In this document: piece after piece, positions 1 through 13,105 of the stretch
Numbering within the stretch: position 1 is the stretch's first letter
Layout: every line of letters begins with the position of its first letter
Origin: Octopus vulgaris
Taxonomy: Eukaryota
Assembly (NCBI GenBank): GCA_951406725.2
Contig: OX597825.1
Span: 72,788,001 to 72,852,000 of the forward strand
DNA: 64,000 bases
Reading direction: 5' to 3'
Translations under genes and position numbers: made by a program
Notes under the pieces: generated by a model
The model's database searches: none
Seen by the model: the letters and a program-made list of their open reading frames with translations, nothing else
What the model was told of the DNA's origin: nothing

Positions 1-291
1 CCACAGAAATTTGAACCACTTCAGAAGTGTTTTCTATCCTTATTGACAGGAATGTAAATAGTGAAATTAATTGAATCTAACAAAACCCCAGCAAACTTGG
101 TAAGAAGATTAGCATACAACATGTGAAGACAAGACCAAGGTTAGAAATAAGCTGAAAATTATGTTAAGGAAGGAAAAAAAAAAAAAAAACTAACTTAAAC
201 CAGGTAATTTTTCCCATGATGCTTCATTTATTTCAGTAATGACTCATTTTTTTTTTTTATTTTCTGTTACTGAAAATTATGATCTCTCTCT

Positions 292-516
292 CTCTCTTTA
301 CTCTCTTTTACTCTTTTACTTGTTTCGGTCATTTGACTGTGGCCATGCTGGAGCACCGCCTTTTAGTGGAGCAAATCGACCCCCAGGACTTGTTCTTTGT
401 AAGCCTAGTACTTATTCTATCGGTCTCTCTTTTTGCTGAACTGCTAAGTTACGGGGACGTAAACACACCAGCATCGGTTGTCAAGCAATGTTGGGGGGAC
501 AAACACAGACACACAA

Positions 517-613
<97 letters not shown>

Positions 614-800
614 TGTATGTATATATATATATATATATATATGACGGGCTTCTTTCAGTTTCTGTCTACCAAATTCACTCACAAGTCTTTGGTCAGCCTG
701 GGGTTATAGTAGAAGACACTTGCCCAAGGTGCTATGCAGTGGTACTGAACCTGGAACCATGTGGTTGGTAAGCAAGCTACTTACCAAACACCCACGCCTA
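292..800 (-). mobile_element. tRNA-derived SINE family A, full length, with internal (CA)/(TA) microsatellite
   Basis: The minus strand begins with a tRNA-like head (B-box-like GGTTCAGTACC) and ends in a (GAGTAAAA)n tail. More than 20 related copies occur in the window. Confidence 0.85.
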
Positions 801-960
801 CGACTATATGAAAAGTATATATAAAAAACATGGCTGCGCAAATGTAGGCATGGCTGTATGGAAATGTGTTTGCTTCTAAATTACATGGCTCTGGGTCTAA
901 TCTCAACAAGTGACACTTCGGGTTAGTATCTTCTCTCATAGCCTTATATATAGAAAAATT

Positions 961-1374
961 CTTTTACTTGCTTCAGTCATTTGACTGTGGCCAAACTGGA
1001 GCACCACCTTGAAGGGTTTTGGTAGGACAAATCAATCGTAAGACTTTTTTTTTTAAGACTAGTACTTATTCTGTCAGCCTCTTTTGCTGAACTGCTAAGT
1101 TACAAGAATGTAAACAAACCAACATCAGGAACCATACCATTGATTCTTACATATAGTATGTTGCTTGATGGGGAAACAAAGACAGACACAAAGACACACA
1201 TACACACATACATATATAAATAGTATATATATATATTATATACACATACATACATATACATACATATATATATATGTATATATATACATATACATACATA
1301 TATATCATCATCATCATCATCATCGTTTAACGTCCGCTTTCCATGCTAGCATGGGTTGGAATATATATATACAT

Positions 1375-1417
<43 letters not shown>

Positions 1418-1418
1418 T

Positions 1419-1460
<42 letters not shown>

Positions 1461-1610
1461 GGGGGTTTGATTCAGTTTCCTTCAACCAAATCTACCCGCA
1501 AGGCTTTGGTCGGCCCAAGGCTATAGCAAAAGACACTTGCCTAAGGTTCCACACAGTGGGACTGAACCCGGGACCATGTGGTTGGGATGCAAGCATTTTG
1601 CCACACACCC
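961..1610 (-). mobile_element. Diverged SINE A copy with a family C tail fragment (~1306-1360) in its microsatellite
   Basis: Matches the tail and head of family A. CATCATCGTTTAACGTCCGCTTTCCATGCTAGC lies inside it. Confidence 0.75.
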
Positions 1611-1613
1611 ATT

Positions 1614-1663
<50 letters not shown>

Positions 1664-1786
1664 TAGTTTGTAAAGGCTTTTTTTGCTTTGGTCCATACTC
1701 CAAAGGATGGTTCAGTGATTGGTTCTATTGATTTAAAAAATAATAACAAAAGCAAACAATATTTGTGCGCTGCAGGTCATTCACAA

Positions 1787-1820
<34 letters not shown>

Positions 1821-2117
1821 TAATTGATTGATTGGAGGGAGGGATGAGGTGGATGGGGTAGATGGATGGATAAGTGGGTGGGTGTGGATGTGTGTGTGTG
1901 TGTGTGGATATGTGTGTGGATGGATGGACACACACACACACACACACAGAGTACTACACATATGTACTTATACGTAAATAAAAACAATCTTTCATCTAGA
2001 TTCTCCAACCCGTATCAGCGGAGGAATCAAACATTGGATTGAAAGAACTGAACAGTGGTATAAATGTCAACACAATTATTTCTTCTTCCTCTCTTTCTTC
2101 TTTCTTTTCTTCTCCAT

Positions 2118-2164
2118 CGACACCCCTTTCAGATACACAGGCACCCACACACACACACACACAC

Positions 2165-2216
<52 letters not shown>

Positions 2217-2700
2217 CAATGATAAAAAGAAATCCAGACAATTTTTTGAGAAGTGACATTCTGCACCCCGCTTGAAGTGACCAGCTGGGTTTGCCATTTC
2301 TAAAAGCCAAGAATCATTTACTATTGAAAGACTGACCAGCTGCAAAAATGTAAACACATTTTTTCTTCTTTCTCTCCTCCTCCTTCCTTTCATTCCCTTT
2401 TCCATTTGACACACCTTTCAGATACACAGACACCCACACACGCGCACACACATACACACAAACACACACTCTCTCTCACAAGACAATGATAAAAAAAATC
2501 CAGACAATTTTTTGAAAAGTGACATTCCCCCCCACCCTTGGAGTGACCAGCTGGGTTTGCCATTTCTAAAAACCAAGAATCAATTACTATTGAAAGACTG
2601 ACCAGCTGCAAAGTTTCTCTCCTTCTTCTTCCTTTCCTTCTCTTTTTGTTTAACACTTCCTTCAGATACAAAAACACACATATACACACGTGCGCTCTCT
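2118..2700. repeat. Local tandem duplication (~290 bp period, 2 copies plus a partial third)
   Basis: AATCCAGACAATTTTTTGA...GTGACCAGCTGGGTTTGCCATTTCTAAAA...GAAAGACTGACCAGCTGCAAA occurs at ~2230-2345 and ~2497-2612. Confidence 0.85.
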
Positions 2701-2949
2701 CACTTTCTCCCCATTCCTCACCCTCTTGTACTATCTTATATTTCTCCCTACCCCTACACACTCAATAATACTATAAAAAGAGACAAAGTTCCAGCAAAAG
2801 TTCAATTTGACAACTCCACTAGAGTGAACGAAAGCACTGATATATGATATATGATTTATAAAAACATGTAACATGCAAATAAATATCTGTAAATATATAA
2901 TACCATCCAGATTTCTGAATACCTCATTTCTTCTAATATATATATATAT

Positions 2950-3300
2950 GCCGTTCGCCAGCCTCATCTGGCACCTGTGTCGGTGGCACATAAAAAACAC
3001 CATCCGAGCGTGGCCGTTCGCCAGCCTCGTCTGGCACCTGTGTTGGTGGCACATAAAAAACACCATCCGAGCGTGGCCGTTCGCCAGCCTCGTCTGGCAC
3101 CTGTGTCGGTGGCACATAAAATCACCCACTACACTCTCGGAGTGGTTGGCGTTAGGAAGGGCATCCAGCTGTAGAAACACTGCCAGATCTGACTGGCCTG
3201 GTGCAGCCTTCGGGCTCCCCAGACCCCAGTTGAACCGTCCAACCCATGCTAGCATGGAAAGCGGATGTTAAATGATGATGATGATGATGATGATGATGAT
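2950..3300 (+). mobile_element. Family C non-autonomous RTE-tailed element with ~2.7 internal 63-bp units
   Basis: Ends AACCCATGCTAGCATGGAAAGCGGATGTTAAA(TGA)n, an RTE-like 3' end, preceded by 63-bp tandem units. Confidence 0.8.
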
Positions 3301-3478
3301 GTATGTATGTATACTACTTTGGCATCACTTCTACAGCTGGATGCCGTTCCTAATGCCAACCACTTTACAGAGCATGTATGGGAGTGGTTTTGTTTTTCAT
3401 GGTACCAGTACTACACAAAACTAATGAGCTTCTCCTCCTTTGGCCTTCAACTGAATAAAAGCATAGAAGTATAGAATA

Positions 3479-3712
3479 CGCGGTGAGCTGGCAGAAACGT
3501 TAGCACACCGGGCGAAATGCTTAGTGGTATTTCGTCTGCCGCTACATTCTGAGTTCAAATTCCGCCGAGGTCAACCTTGCCTTTCATCCTATCGGGGTCG
3601 ATTAAATAAGTACCAGTTACGCACTGGGGTCGATATAATCAACTCAATCCGTTTGTCTGTCCTTGTTTGTCCCCTCTGTGTTTAGCCCCTTGTGGGCAGT
3701 AAAGAAATAAGA
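3479..3712 (+). mobile_element. tRNA-derived SINE family B
   Basis: GCGGTGAGCTGGCAGAAACGTTAGC head and GAGTTCAAATTCC B-box. Flanked by the TSD-like ATAGAAGTATAG. Confidence 0.85.
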
Positions 3713-4399
3713 ATAGAAGTATAGCTTTACTACGACCTTGTGTGTGTGTGTGTGTGTGTGTGCAAGCATGCGTACATGCGTGTGTGTTGAGTGCATGTCT
3801 TCTGGTTCCATTTCCCAGGTGAGACAAAAAAGTAGGTCTTTACATCTGACCCATATATGCCACTTTCATTGATATTTTCATAAAAATTCACTACTAGGGA
3901 GGACTCTCTCTATGTATCTATGAATCTATTTATCTCACTATCTCACTCTCTCTTCCTCTCTCTCTATCACTCTCCCTCTATCTATCTATCTATCTATCCA
4001 TTTGTCTGTCTGTCTGTCTACCGTCATTTTTCAACTTATAATAAAGTATGAAGCCATTGTTTTTATTGTTCGTACACTTAACAGTCACAATGCTTGTACA
4101 AAACAAACTTCTTAACTTGTGTGTTTGCAGGGGTTATGAGTCTGCGTAGGAGAGGGCAGGCATATATATATGCGTACCTGTGTAGATGTGTGTATGTGTG
4201 TGTGTGAATGTATGCGTGTATATCTATGTATCTGTGTGTGCGTGTGCAATATATTGTGTATGCATACATGTGCATGTGTGTGTATATATATAATAATAAT
4301 AATAATAATATAAATAATAAATAATATATATATATATATATATATACACATGTATATATGAGTATAGGATGTCACCAACAGTGCAAATAACATGAAATA

Positions 4400-4658
4400 C
4401 AAGGTTGTTTATGAAAGACCAGCAGTCGCCCATGCATACCAACCTCTCTTCTCCACGCCACCGATGTTATCCAAGGGAAAGGCAAAGGGGCCGATACAGC
4501 TTGGCACCAGTGATGTCGCAACTCATTTCTACAGCTGAGTGAACTGGAGCAACGTGAAATAAAGTGTCTTGCTCAAGAACACAACACGCAGCCCAGTCCA
4601 GGAATCAAACTTACTACCTCATGATTGTGAGCCCGATACTCTAACCACTGAGCCATGC
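4400..4658 (-). mobile_element. tRNA-derived SINE family F
   Basis: Minus strand reads GCATGGCTCAGTGGTTAGAG...TTGAGCAAGACACTTTATTTCAC and matches the copy at 26036-26376. Confidence 0.8.
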
Positions 4659-4914
4659 AAATCCCAACTTCATTATTATAACAATATATATATCATGATC
4701 ATTTAACATCCATTTTCCATGTTGGCATGGGTTGAACGGTTTGACAAAGAGCTGGGAACTGTCCAGATTCCAATTGTCTATTGTGGCATGGTTTCTTCAG
4801 CGAGATGCCCTTCCTAACACCAACCACTTAACAGAGTGTGCTGGGGGGTGCATTTACACAACACTGGCATGGGTGTTTTTTATGTGGCACCAGCACCTAA
4901 AAGAACACACCTGT

Positions 4915-5224
4915 GGAGGCACATGGCCTAGTGGTTAGAGCAGCGGACTCGCGGTCAAGGGATTGCGGGTTCAAATCTCAGATCGGGCGATGTGTGTGTT
5001 TATGAGCAAAACACCTAAGCTCCACGCAGCTCCGGCAGAAGGTAATGGCAAACTTCTGCTGACTTTCGCCACAACTTTCTCTCACTCTTTCCTCCTGCAT
5101 CTTGCAGCTCACCTGTGACAGACCGACGTCCCATCCAGGTGGAGAACCTATACCCCAAGGAAACCGGGAAACCGGCCCTTATGAACCAGGCATGGCTCAA
5201 GAAGGAACAAACAAACAAAACAAC
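4915..5224 (+). mobile_element. tRNA-derived SINE family D, full length, with 16-bp TSD
   Basis: A-box TGGCCTAGTGG, B-box GGTTCAAATC and (AAAC)n tail. TSD AAAAGAACACACCTGT at 4899-4914 and 5225-5240. Confidence 0.9.
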
Positions 5225-5307
5225 AAAAGAACACACCTGTATATGTGGAAAACAGTGATTTTCTTAGCTTGACATGTCTTATCAAGTACAGCAAATCACC
5301 ACAATTA

Positions 5308-6028
5308 CCCCCAGCATCCGAAGATCCCTTCTCACCACATCATCCCACATCTTCCTGGGTCTTCCTCTCCCACAGGTACCCTCCATACTTGGTGATCTGC
5401 ACTTCTTTATACAGCTGTCCTTATCCATATGCATCACATACACCAAACCATCACAGTCTTCTCTCTTGCACACAACATCTGATGCCTCTTGTTCCCAGTT
5501 TTCCTCTTAAATCCCTTACACACATGGTTGTGTGTGCACACTGACATTACCTATTCAGTGGAGCATGCTAGCTTCATTTCTTTCAAGCCTTCACAAGCCC
5601 TCTGTACTCAAAGCCCATGTTTCACTGCCATGTAACATAGTTGTACGTACACAAGCATCACACAATCTACCTTTCACTCTGAGGGAGAGGCCCTTAGTAA
5701 TCAACAAAAGTAGAAGCTCCCTGAACTTTGCCCAGCCTACCAGCCTGTTCTTATTGTAGCAACTACACTTTCAGAACTTCCTCTCTACTGCTAACTTGGT
5801 CTCCAAGGTAACAGAAGCTATCTACTACTTCTAATGATCCCCACCACCTCCCAAGCATTTAAGGGAGTCTATTGTCTGCACATTTTTAGTGCTTATTGTA
5901 CCTGCACATTTGCCACACACAAAGACTATATTCTCCTTTGACCTTCATGTGATACCATTACACCTCTTAAGTATCCAAATCTTGCACTGGATACAAGGTA
6001 TGGAGTTTCTACCAAAACCTTTCTTACA
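5308..6028 (-). mobile_element. Decayed RTE-clade LINE ORF2 fragment (RT C-terminal region)
   Basis: Translates with stops/frameshifts to LEVVDSFCYLGD, KGLSLRVKGRLCDACVRTTMLHGSETW and GTCGRGRPRKMWDDVVRRDL. Confidence 0.85.
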
Positions 6029-6261
6029 TGTCAAGTAGGGCCATCTCCCAGATACACACACACACATGCAACAGACTTCTTTCAGTTTCCGTCCAAAAAC
6101 TCCACACACAAGACTTTTGTTGGCCCAAGGCTATAGTAGAAGACACTTGCACAAGATGCCAAACAGTGGGACTGAACCCAGAACCATGTGGTTCGGAAAC
6201 CAACTTCTTACCACACAGCCACACCTATGCTTATATGAATGTAATACACAAACACACACAT

Positions 6262-6307
<46 letters not shown>

Positions 6308-6650
6308 GCGCACACACACACACATATAGATGTAACATGAATAAAAAATAAATATATCAAAATTATAAAAAAGAAAAATTTCAAACAAAAATTAAAAGCA
6401 CAACAAAGCAAACACAAAAAAAAACCTGCATCATAACAGGAAAGTCATGAAAATAACCACAGAAATAAAAAAAAAAATGCTATATGTTGTGAATTCAGAA
6501 CCAGCATCGACCTATATTATATAAATTACATGATATTAATAACAAAGTGTTTCAGGATAAAACAAAGACATGATCAGACTTGATTTTCTTCTCTTGGAAA
6601 AATGTTCTTTGGTAAAAATGACAGAAATGTTTATAGACCAGGACCAACAT

Positions 6651-6652
<2 letters not shown>

Positions 6653-6711
<59 letters not shown>

Positions 6712-6919
6712 CACATGTATATGTGTGTATATGCATATGTATATATATAAGCATATCTGTAGCTGTATATATATATATATATTTGTGTGTATATATGTAT
6801 ATATACATATGTATATATATGCATATATATATATACATATATGCGCATATATATATACATGTGTGTGTATGTATATATATATACATATATATATATGCAT
6901 AAATATATACAAATACAGG

Positions 6920-6967
<48 letters not shown>

Positions 6968-7009
6968 TATATATACATATATATGCATATATACAAATAC
7001 ATGTGTGTG

Positions 7010-7071
<62 letters not shown>

Positions 7072-7155
7072 CGTGTGTATATATATGTACATATATATGT
7101 ATGTACTTACATATATATATATATATTGTGTGTGTGTGTGTGTGTGTGTGTGTAT
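6653..7155. repeat. Compound (TA)n/(TG)n microsatellite
   Basis: Directly visible dinucleotide runs. Confidence 0.95.
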
Positions 7156-7630
7156 ACACCTAGAAACATGCTCTTACTGGTTTTGGTGGATAAGAGAGAA
7201 AGAGAGAGAAAAAAACATTCCTGCTCCCACTTTCAACATATTCAACATATTTTTACAACACTTCAATACAGCTGGGTAATTTGGGTGCATAATATTATTA
7301 ATATTATCATGAATTTGAGCACAAACATTTTCATACATACAACCATGTAAGAGAGGATTGTTTTTCATATAGATCTTTCAGTTTCCAACTACAAAATCCA
7401 CTTGCAAGGCTTTGGCTGGCCTAGGGCTGTAGTAGAAGACACTTGACCAAGGTGCCCAAAACCATGTGGTTTGAGGAGCAAACTTCATACCACACAGCTG
7501 TATCTGTGCCTATAAGGCTAGTGCCTGCGTTAGCCAAGAGCCAAAACTCAGAGTAACTGCTCAGAAGACAATCATGCTAACAGTTACATTCAAAATTATT
7601 TCAAGTGTTTTAATACCTGTTGGACAGCCA

Positions 7631-7664
<34 letters not shown>

Positions 7665-7950
7665 GTTTAACGTCCGTTTTCCATGCTAGCATGGGTTGGA
7701 TGGTTCGACCGGGATCTGGGAAGCCAGGAGGCTGCACCAGGCTCTAGTCTGATCTGGCAGAGTTTCTACAGCTGGATGCCCTTCCTAACGCCAACCACTC
7801 CGTGAGTGTAGTGGGTGCTTTTTATGTGCCACCGACACAGGTGCCAGACGAGGCTGGCGAACGGCCATGCTCAGATGGTGCTTTTTACATGCCACCAGCA
7901 CAGAGGCCAGGCAAGGCTGGCAATGGCCACGATTGGATGGTGTTTGTTAC
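7631..7950 (-). mobile_element. Family C element
   Basis: (CAT)n-CGTTTAACGTCCGTTTTCCATGCTAGC...CTGGATGCCCTTCCTAACGCCAACCACTCC. Confidence 0.85.
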
Positions 7951-7956
7951 GTGCCA

Positions 7957-8285
7957 CCAGCAAAGTGGCTGAATTCCTTTCAAGTGTTGGGCCTCATGGA
8001 GACAATGACCAAGATGTTTGGCATCAGGTCATGTTTAAGAAGACCCATGAAGCCAAGCAAAATTGCAGTCATGGCAGATACTGGTGTCATGCGAATGGCA
8101 CCTATGCCAGTGGCACATAAAAACACTCATTACACTCTCAGAGTGATTTGCATTAGGAAGGGCATGCAGCCATAGAAAACCATGCCAAATAAGGCTAAAG
8201 TTTGGTGCAGCCTTCCAGCTTACCAGCCCTGGTCAAACTGTCCAACTCATGCCAGCATGGACATCAGACATTAAATGATGATGAT
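7957..8285 (+). mobile_element. Family C element, longer older variant, back-to-back with the previous copy
   Basis: Similar to 56535-56927 and ends in (GAT)n. Confidence 0.75.
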
Positions 8286-8334
8286 ACACATACAAAAGGC
8301 TTCCATGAAATTTCTCTCAACCAAATTCATTCAT

Positions 8335-8735
8335 AGGTGCAGGAGTGGCTATGTGGTAAGTAGCTTGTTTACCAACCACATGGTTCCGGGTTCAGTTCCA
8401 CTACGTGGCACCTTGGGCAAGTGTCTTCTACTATAGCCTCGGGCCGACCAAACCCTTGTGAGTGGATTTGGTAGACGGAAACTGAAAGAAGCCCGTTGTA
8501 TATATGTATATGCGTGTGTGTGTTTGTGTATCTGTGTTTGTCCTCCTAGCATTGCTTGACAACCGATGCTGGTGTGTTTATGTCCCTGTTACTTAGCGGT
8601 TCGGCAAAAGAGACCGATAGAATAAGTACTGGGCTTACAAAAGAATAAGTCCTGGGGTCGAGTTGCTTGATTAAAGGCGGTGCTCCAGCATGGCCGCAGT
8701 CAAATGACTGAAACAAATAAAAGAGTAAATGAGAG
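8335..8735 (+). mobile_element. SINE family A, full length
   Basis: AGGTGCAGGAGTGGCTATGTGGTAAG...GGTTCAGTTCC head and AAAAGAGTAAA tail. Confidence 0.9.
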
Positions 8736-9489
8736 AGTATGTCATCGATTGGCCTAAGGGTATATTAGAAGACATTTGTTCAAGGTTTTGCATGGTGGGG
8801 CCAAACCCAGTGCCACTTGTGACTGCAAAAGCAAATTTTTTCACCACACTGCCCCATGTTAGGGCCTCAATGATTGCACCTTATGAGTCATTTATAATAC
8901 AAGCAGTCAGGAAACATATGGTAAAACTGAAGTGTAATTTATTATATCAGTTTTAAACTCTGTTTGAAATAATAAATAGCAATTAATTTCAGAAATAAAT
9001 ATTTCATAGAAGAACAAAAAAAAAAAAAAAAACAGAAGACACAAAAAATGGGAAAGAGAGAGGAAAAGAAATTACTGTTCTGCAGTAAATAATAGGTCAA
9101 CAGTAAATGGAACATAAAATTATCCAATGGTTAAATATATAAAAATCTGAATATTTAAAATAAATTACTTTCTGTAAAAAAAAAAAAAAACAGAAAAAAA
9201 ATCTAAAACAAATTAAGAAAAAAAAGTAAGCTAAGAAAACAGTTGTTGAATATCAAATAAATAAAAAGAATTTATAATTTTAACTGAAATGATTTATATT
9301 TTTGTGAAACAAAAAGAATATTTCTTTTTTTTTTTTTTGTGTTTTAGGTTTTGTTTTTTGTTGAATATTTTACTGCTTTTTGCTGACCATCTGCTGAAAA
9401 GATGCAAATGAGGTTTGTCCAGAGTTTGTTTTTCTTCAGTTTTCTTACCTTTAGAGATCTCTATTTTTTAATGATTAAATGTTTATGTG

Positions 9490-9627
9490 TCCATGTGTGT
9501 CTGTGTGTGTGTGTGTGCATGCATGCATGTATAGCTAGTTAGATATATTTATGCATGTATATATATATGTATATGTGTATATATGTATGTATGCATGTAT
9601 GTATGTGTGTATGTATATACATATACA

Positions 9628-9671
<44 letters not shown>

Positions 9672-9953
9672 GTATGTATGATTATATATATACATACATC
9701 TATATAAATGCATATATATATAAACACATTTTATATATATATACACACATATGTATATATGTATATATATGTGAGTGTGTATTGTGTATGTATGTATATG
9801 TGCATGTATACATATATATATACATATATATTTATACATATATATATATACACACATACATATACACACATATGCCCATATATGCATACACATATATAGA
9901 TATAAATACACATACATACATATAAACACATACATTTATATGCATATATGTAT

Positions 9954-10029
<76 letters not shown>

Positions 10030-10050
10030 ATGTATGTATGTATATGTTTT
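9490..10050. repeat. Degenerate (TA)/(CA)/(TG) microsatellite
   Basis: Directly visible. Confidence 0.95.
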
Positions 10051-10220
10051 ATTGAGTATATTTATGAACAAATGATAGCAGGCATAATGATCTGCCATAA
10101 TGTGCACAGCATGCACCAAATTTTAACTTTCTCATTTTCCTTGCAGATGCACCAGCAGAAGAATTACAATAGTATATTCCAACCTGGCACCAGAAATGGA
10201 AGCATAAACCACAATCAAGT

Positions 10221-10293
10221 CAGGGGTCACCAGACTTTTTTAATGTGGCCGGGTCCTTCAGATTCAGTATCATGAAAAAGCTGGTGACCTCTG
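10221..10293. mobile_element. Tiny hAT-like MITE (73 bp)
   Basis: TIRs CAGGGGTCACCAGACTTTTT and AAAAAGCTGGTGACCTCTG. No clear TSD. Confidence 0.55.
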
Positions 10294-10437
10294 GTCATAT
10301 GTACATACATACACATGTATGTCCACATATGCGCACACATGCACACATACATATATATACATATACATCCACACATATGTACATTACACACATACACACA
10401 TGTGCATTATATACATATAAACATATAAATACACATA

Positions 10438-10682
10438 CTCTCTTTTCTCTTTTTACTCTCTTTTACTTGTTTCAGTCATTTGACTGCGGCCATGCTGGAG
10501 CACCGCCTTGAGTCGAGCAAATAGACCCAGGACTTATTCTTTGGAAGCCTAGACCTTATTCTATTGATCTATTTTGCCGAACCGCTAAATTACGGGGACG
10601 TAAACACACCACCATCGGTTGTCAAGCGATGTTGGGGGCACAAACACAGACACACAAACATATACACACACATACATATACA

Positions 10683-10726
<44 letters not shown>

Positions 10727-11045
10727 TGGCGTTAGGAAGGACATTCAGCTGTAGAAACACTGCCAGATCAGACTGAGCCTGGCGCAGCCTTCGGGCTTGC
10801 CAGACCCCAGTTGAACCCTCCAACCCATGCTAGCATGGAAAACGGACGTTAAACGATGATGATGATGATGATGATGATATATGACAGGCTTCTTTCAGTT
10901 TCCGTCTACCAAATCCACTCACAAAGCTTTGGTCAGCCCGAGGCTATAGTAGAAGACACTTACCCAAGATGCCACGCAGTGGGAATGAACCCGGAACCAT
11001 GTGGTTGGTAAGCAAGCTACTTACCACACAGCCACTCCTGCGCCT
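10438..11045 (-). mobile_element. SINE family A with a family C tail inserted (10728-10878, +)
   Basis: Family A tail and head flank GGCGTTAGGAAGG...GGACGTTAAAC(GAT)n. Confidence 0.85.
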
Positions 11046-11862
11046 TATATACATATAAACACATGCATTAATATGCATATACATATACATACATACAAGG
11101 TTTTTTTACTAATCAGCTTCAGTTTAATGTTTCATGTTGCCCAATATAATTTGGAATAACACTGAATCTCCTCATACTCTTCATATTTGATCCCTTTTTT
11201 CTTTGCCATCACTATCAATCACTTCCTTAGGAATGCAATTAACCAGGGACCACATGATGTTAACCATCAATCACTCCCTTAGGAATGCAATTAACCAGGG
11301 ACCACACATGAACTTGTATTCCCACTGAAAATTTGAATATGAATTCGACGTCTCAATAGCGAATGATGACTAAGGCCATGGTGTCCATGTGATCTGGTGT
11401 CTATGGTCCTTGGCAATGGGGCCGGAAGAGAGTATCCGTTATAGCCTCAACTGCAGCCAAGTGTTAGATGTGGTCAGCGTTCACAAGGAAGGTGAACTTG
11501 TTCAGATCTGGTTTGACCCACCCAGGTGAATACTGCACACATACAAGTAAGTACTCCCTTGCTCTCAGTCACTCATGACCCCACATCAGTTTCTCTTTAC
11601 TTCCCTGCCACCCCTTTTCTCTCTCTCTCTTGACCAATCTCAGCAACTATGCACCACTTTCTCAGATAACAGTAAATACAGATTGAATATAGGGAGATCC
11701 AGAGCCAACCCACATTACATGGGTGGCTTGGTACATTACCTAAGAACTGTCCATCAAACTTCATACACAGCTTCCATCTACACATTTTGGTTTGTCGGGG
11801 GAGAGAGAGATATATAGATATAAATACACATACATACATATAAACACATACATATATATGCA

Positions 11863-11941
<79 letters not shown>

Positions 11942-11974
11942 ATGTGTGTGTATATATGTATATATGTATATAGG

Positions 11975-12225
11975 GAGAGTTTACGAAAAAAACAAAAGAC
12001 GAAGACAGGTGGTGTACAAAACAGATGTATTAGTATAACGCTCAAGAATAGAAAAAGTCTTTTACGTTTCAAGCCTATGCTCTTCTACAGAAAGGGACAC
12101 AGAAAAAACAAGGAGAGAAACAAGGAGAGAAAAAAATGTGTGTAGTGGCTAACGATCTATCATGGCGTGTGACTCGGACAGAAGGGTCACACACGAGAAG
12201 GAAAGTAGGGGAGATAACAAAGTAA
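11975..12225 (-). mobile_element. Penelope-like terminal repeat fragment
   Basis: Homologous to 42618-42792 and carries a hammerhead-like motif. Confidence 0.6.
12059..12094 (-). ncRNA. Minimal hammerhead-like motif with variant core
   Basis: Minus strand: CTTT-CTGTAGA-A-GAGC ATAG GCTT-GAAA-CG-TA-AAAG. Confidence 0.5.
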
Positions 12226-12645
12226 AGATATATATATATATATATATGTGTATGTATGTATATATTCCCATTGAAAATTCGAACATGAACTTGATGCCTC
12301 AACAGTGAATGATGACTAAGGCCATGGTGAGAGGGGGAGAGATATATAAAGACAGCCATACCATTTGCATGTTGTTTCCGCCGTGTTCTGTGTAATTCTT
12401 CAATCATCTGCCAACATGTCCTGCAATTAAAAACAAAAATAGTGTCGTTAAGATATCACAATGATAATCTAATTAATATTCGTTAATTAAAATTCATCAA
12501 TCATTTTCTCTTTCAGTTGGTAGAATCATTAGAGCATCAAACAAAATGCCCACTGGCATTTCTTCAAACTCTTTATGTTGTGAGTTCAAATCATGCCAAC
12601 GTCAACATGCGTCTTCATCTTTTCAGGGTCAATAAAATAACACAA

Positions 12646-12950
12646 TATCACCGTGATCACCATGACCGACCAGGCTATCGGATGTTGTTACACATCACTG
12701 GTCACAATGCGCTTCGCATTGTTTTAGCCTTCAAAGGACGCCACGCCGCTGGCTAAGCGAGCAGGCCAATAGAAGAAAGAGTGAGAGACAGTTGTGGTGA
12801 AAGAGTACAGCAGGGATCGCCACCACCCCCTGCCGGAGCCTCATGGTGTTTTCGCTCAATAAACACTCACAACGCCTGGTCTGGGAATCGAAACCGTGAT
12901 CCTATGACCGCGAGTCTGCTGCCCTAACCACTGGGCCATTGCACCTCCAC
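12646..12950 (-). mobile_element. tRNA-derived SINE family E
   Basis: GGAGGTGCAATGGCCCAGTGGTTAGGGC...GGTTTCGATTCC head. Matches 50609-50920. Confidence 0.85.
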
Positions 12951-13048
12951 TAAATAACACAATATACCAGCCAATTATTAGAAGTTGATGGTACCGGCTA
13001 ATACCTTCCCTCAACACTGCTAGACTTGCATCTGAATTAGAAGCAACA

Positions 13049-13105
<57 letters not shown>

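Noticed and set aside
4915-4990. tRNA genes at SINE heads (also ~33290-33350 and 44471)
   Set aside because: A/B boxes are present, but the sequences run into SINE bodies and lack a convincing acceptor stem.
6552-7350. Long YI/CV/HT-repeat ORFs, here and at 9.5, 20.5, 24.2, 30.3, 39, 43.1 and 47 kb
   Set aside because: They are stop-free translations of dinucleotide microsatellites.
9430-9470. Minus-strand AAG|GTAAG donor suggesting a microexon
   Set aside because: There is no polypyrimidine acceptor upstream, and such motifs are expected by chance in 64 kb.
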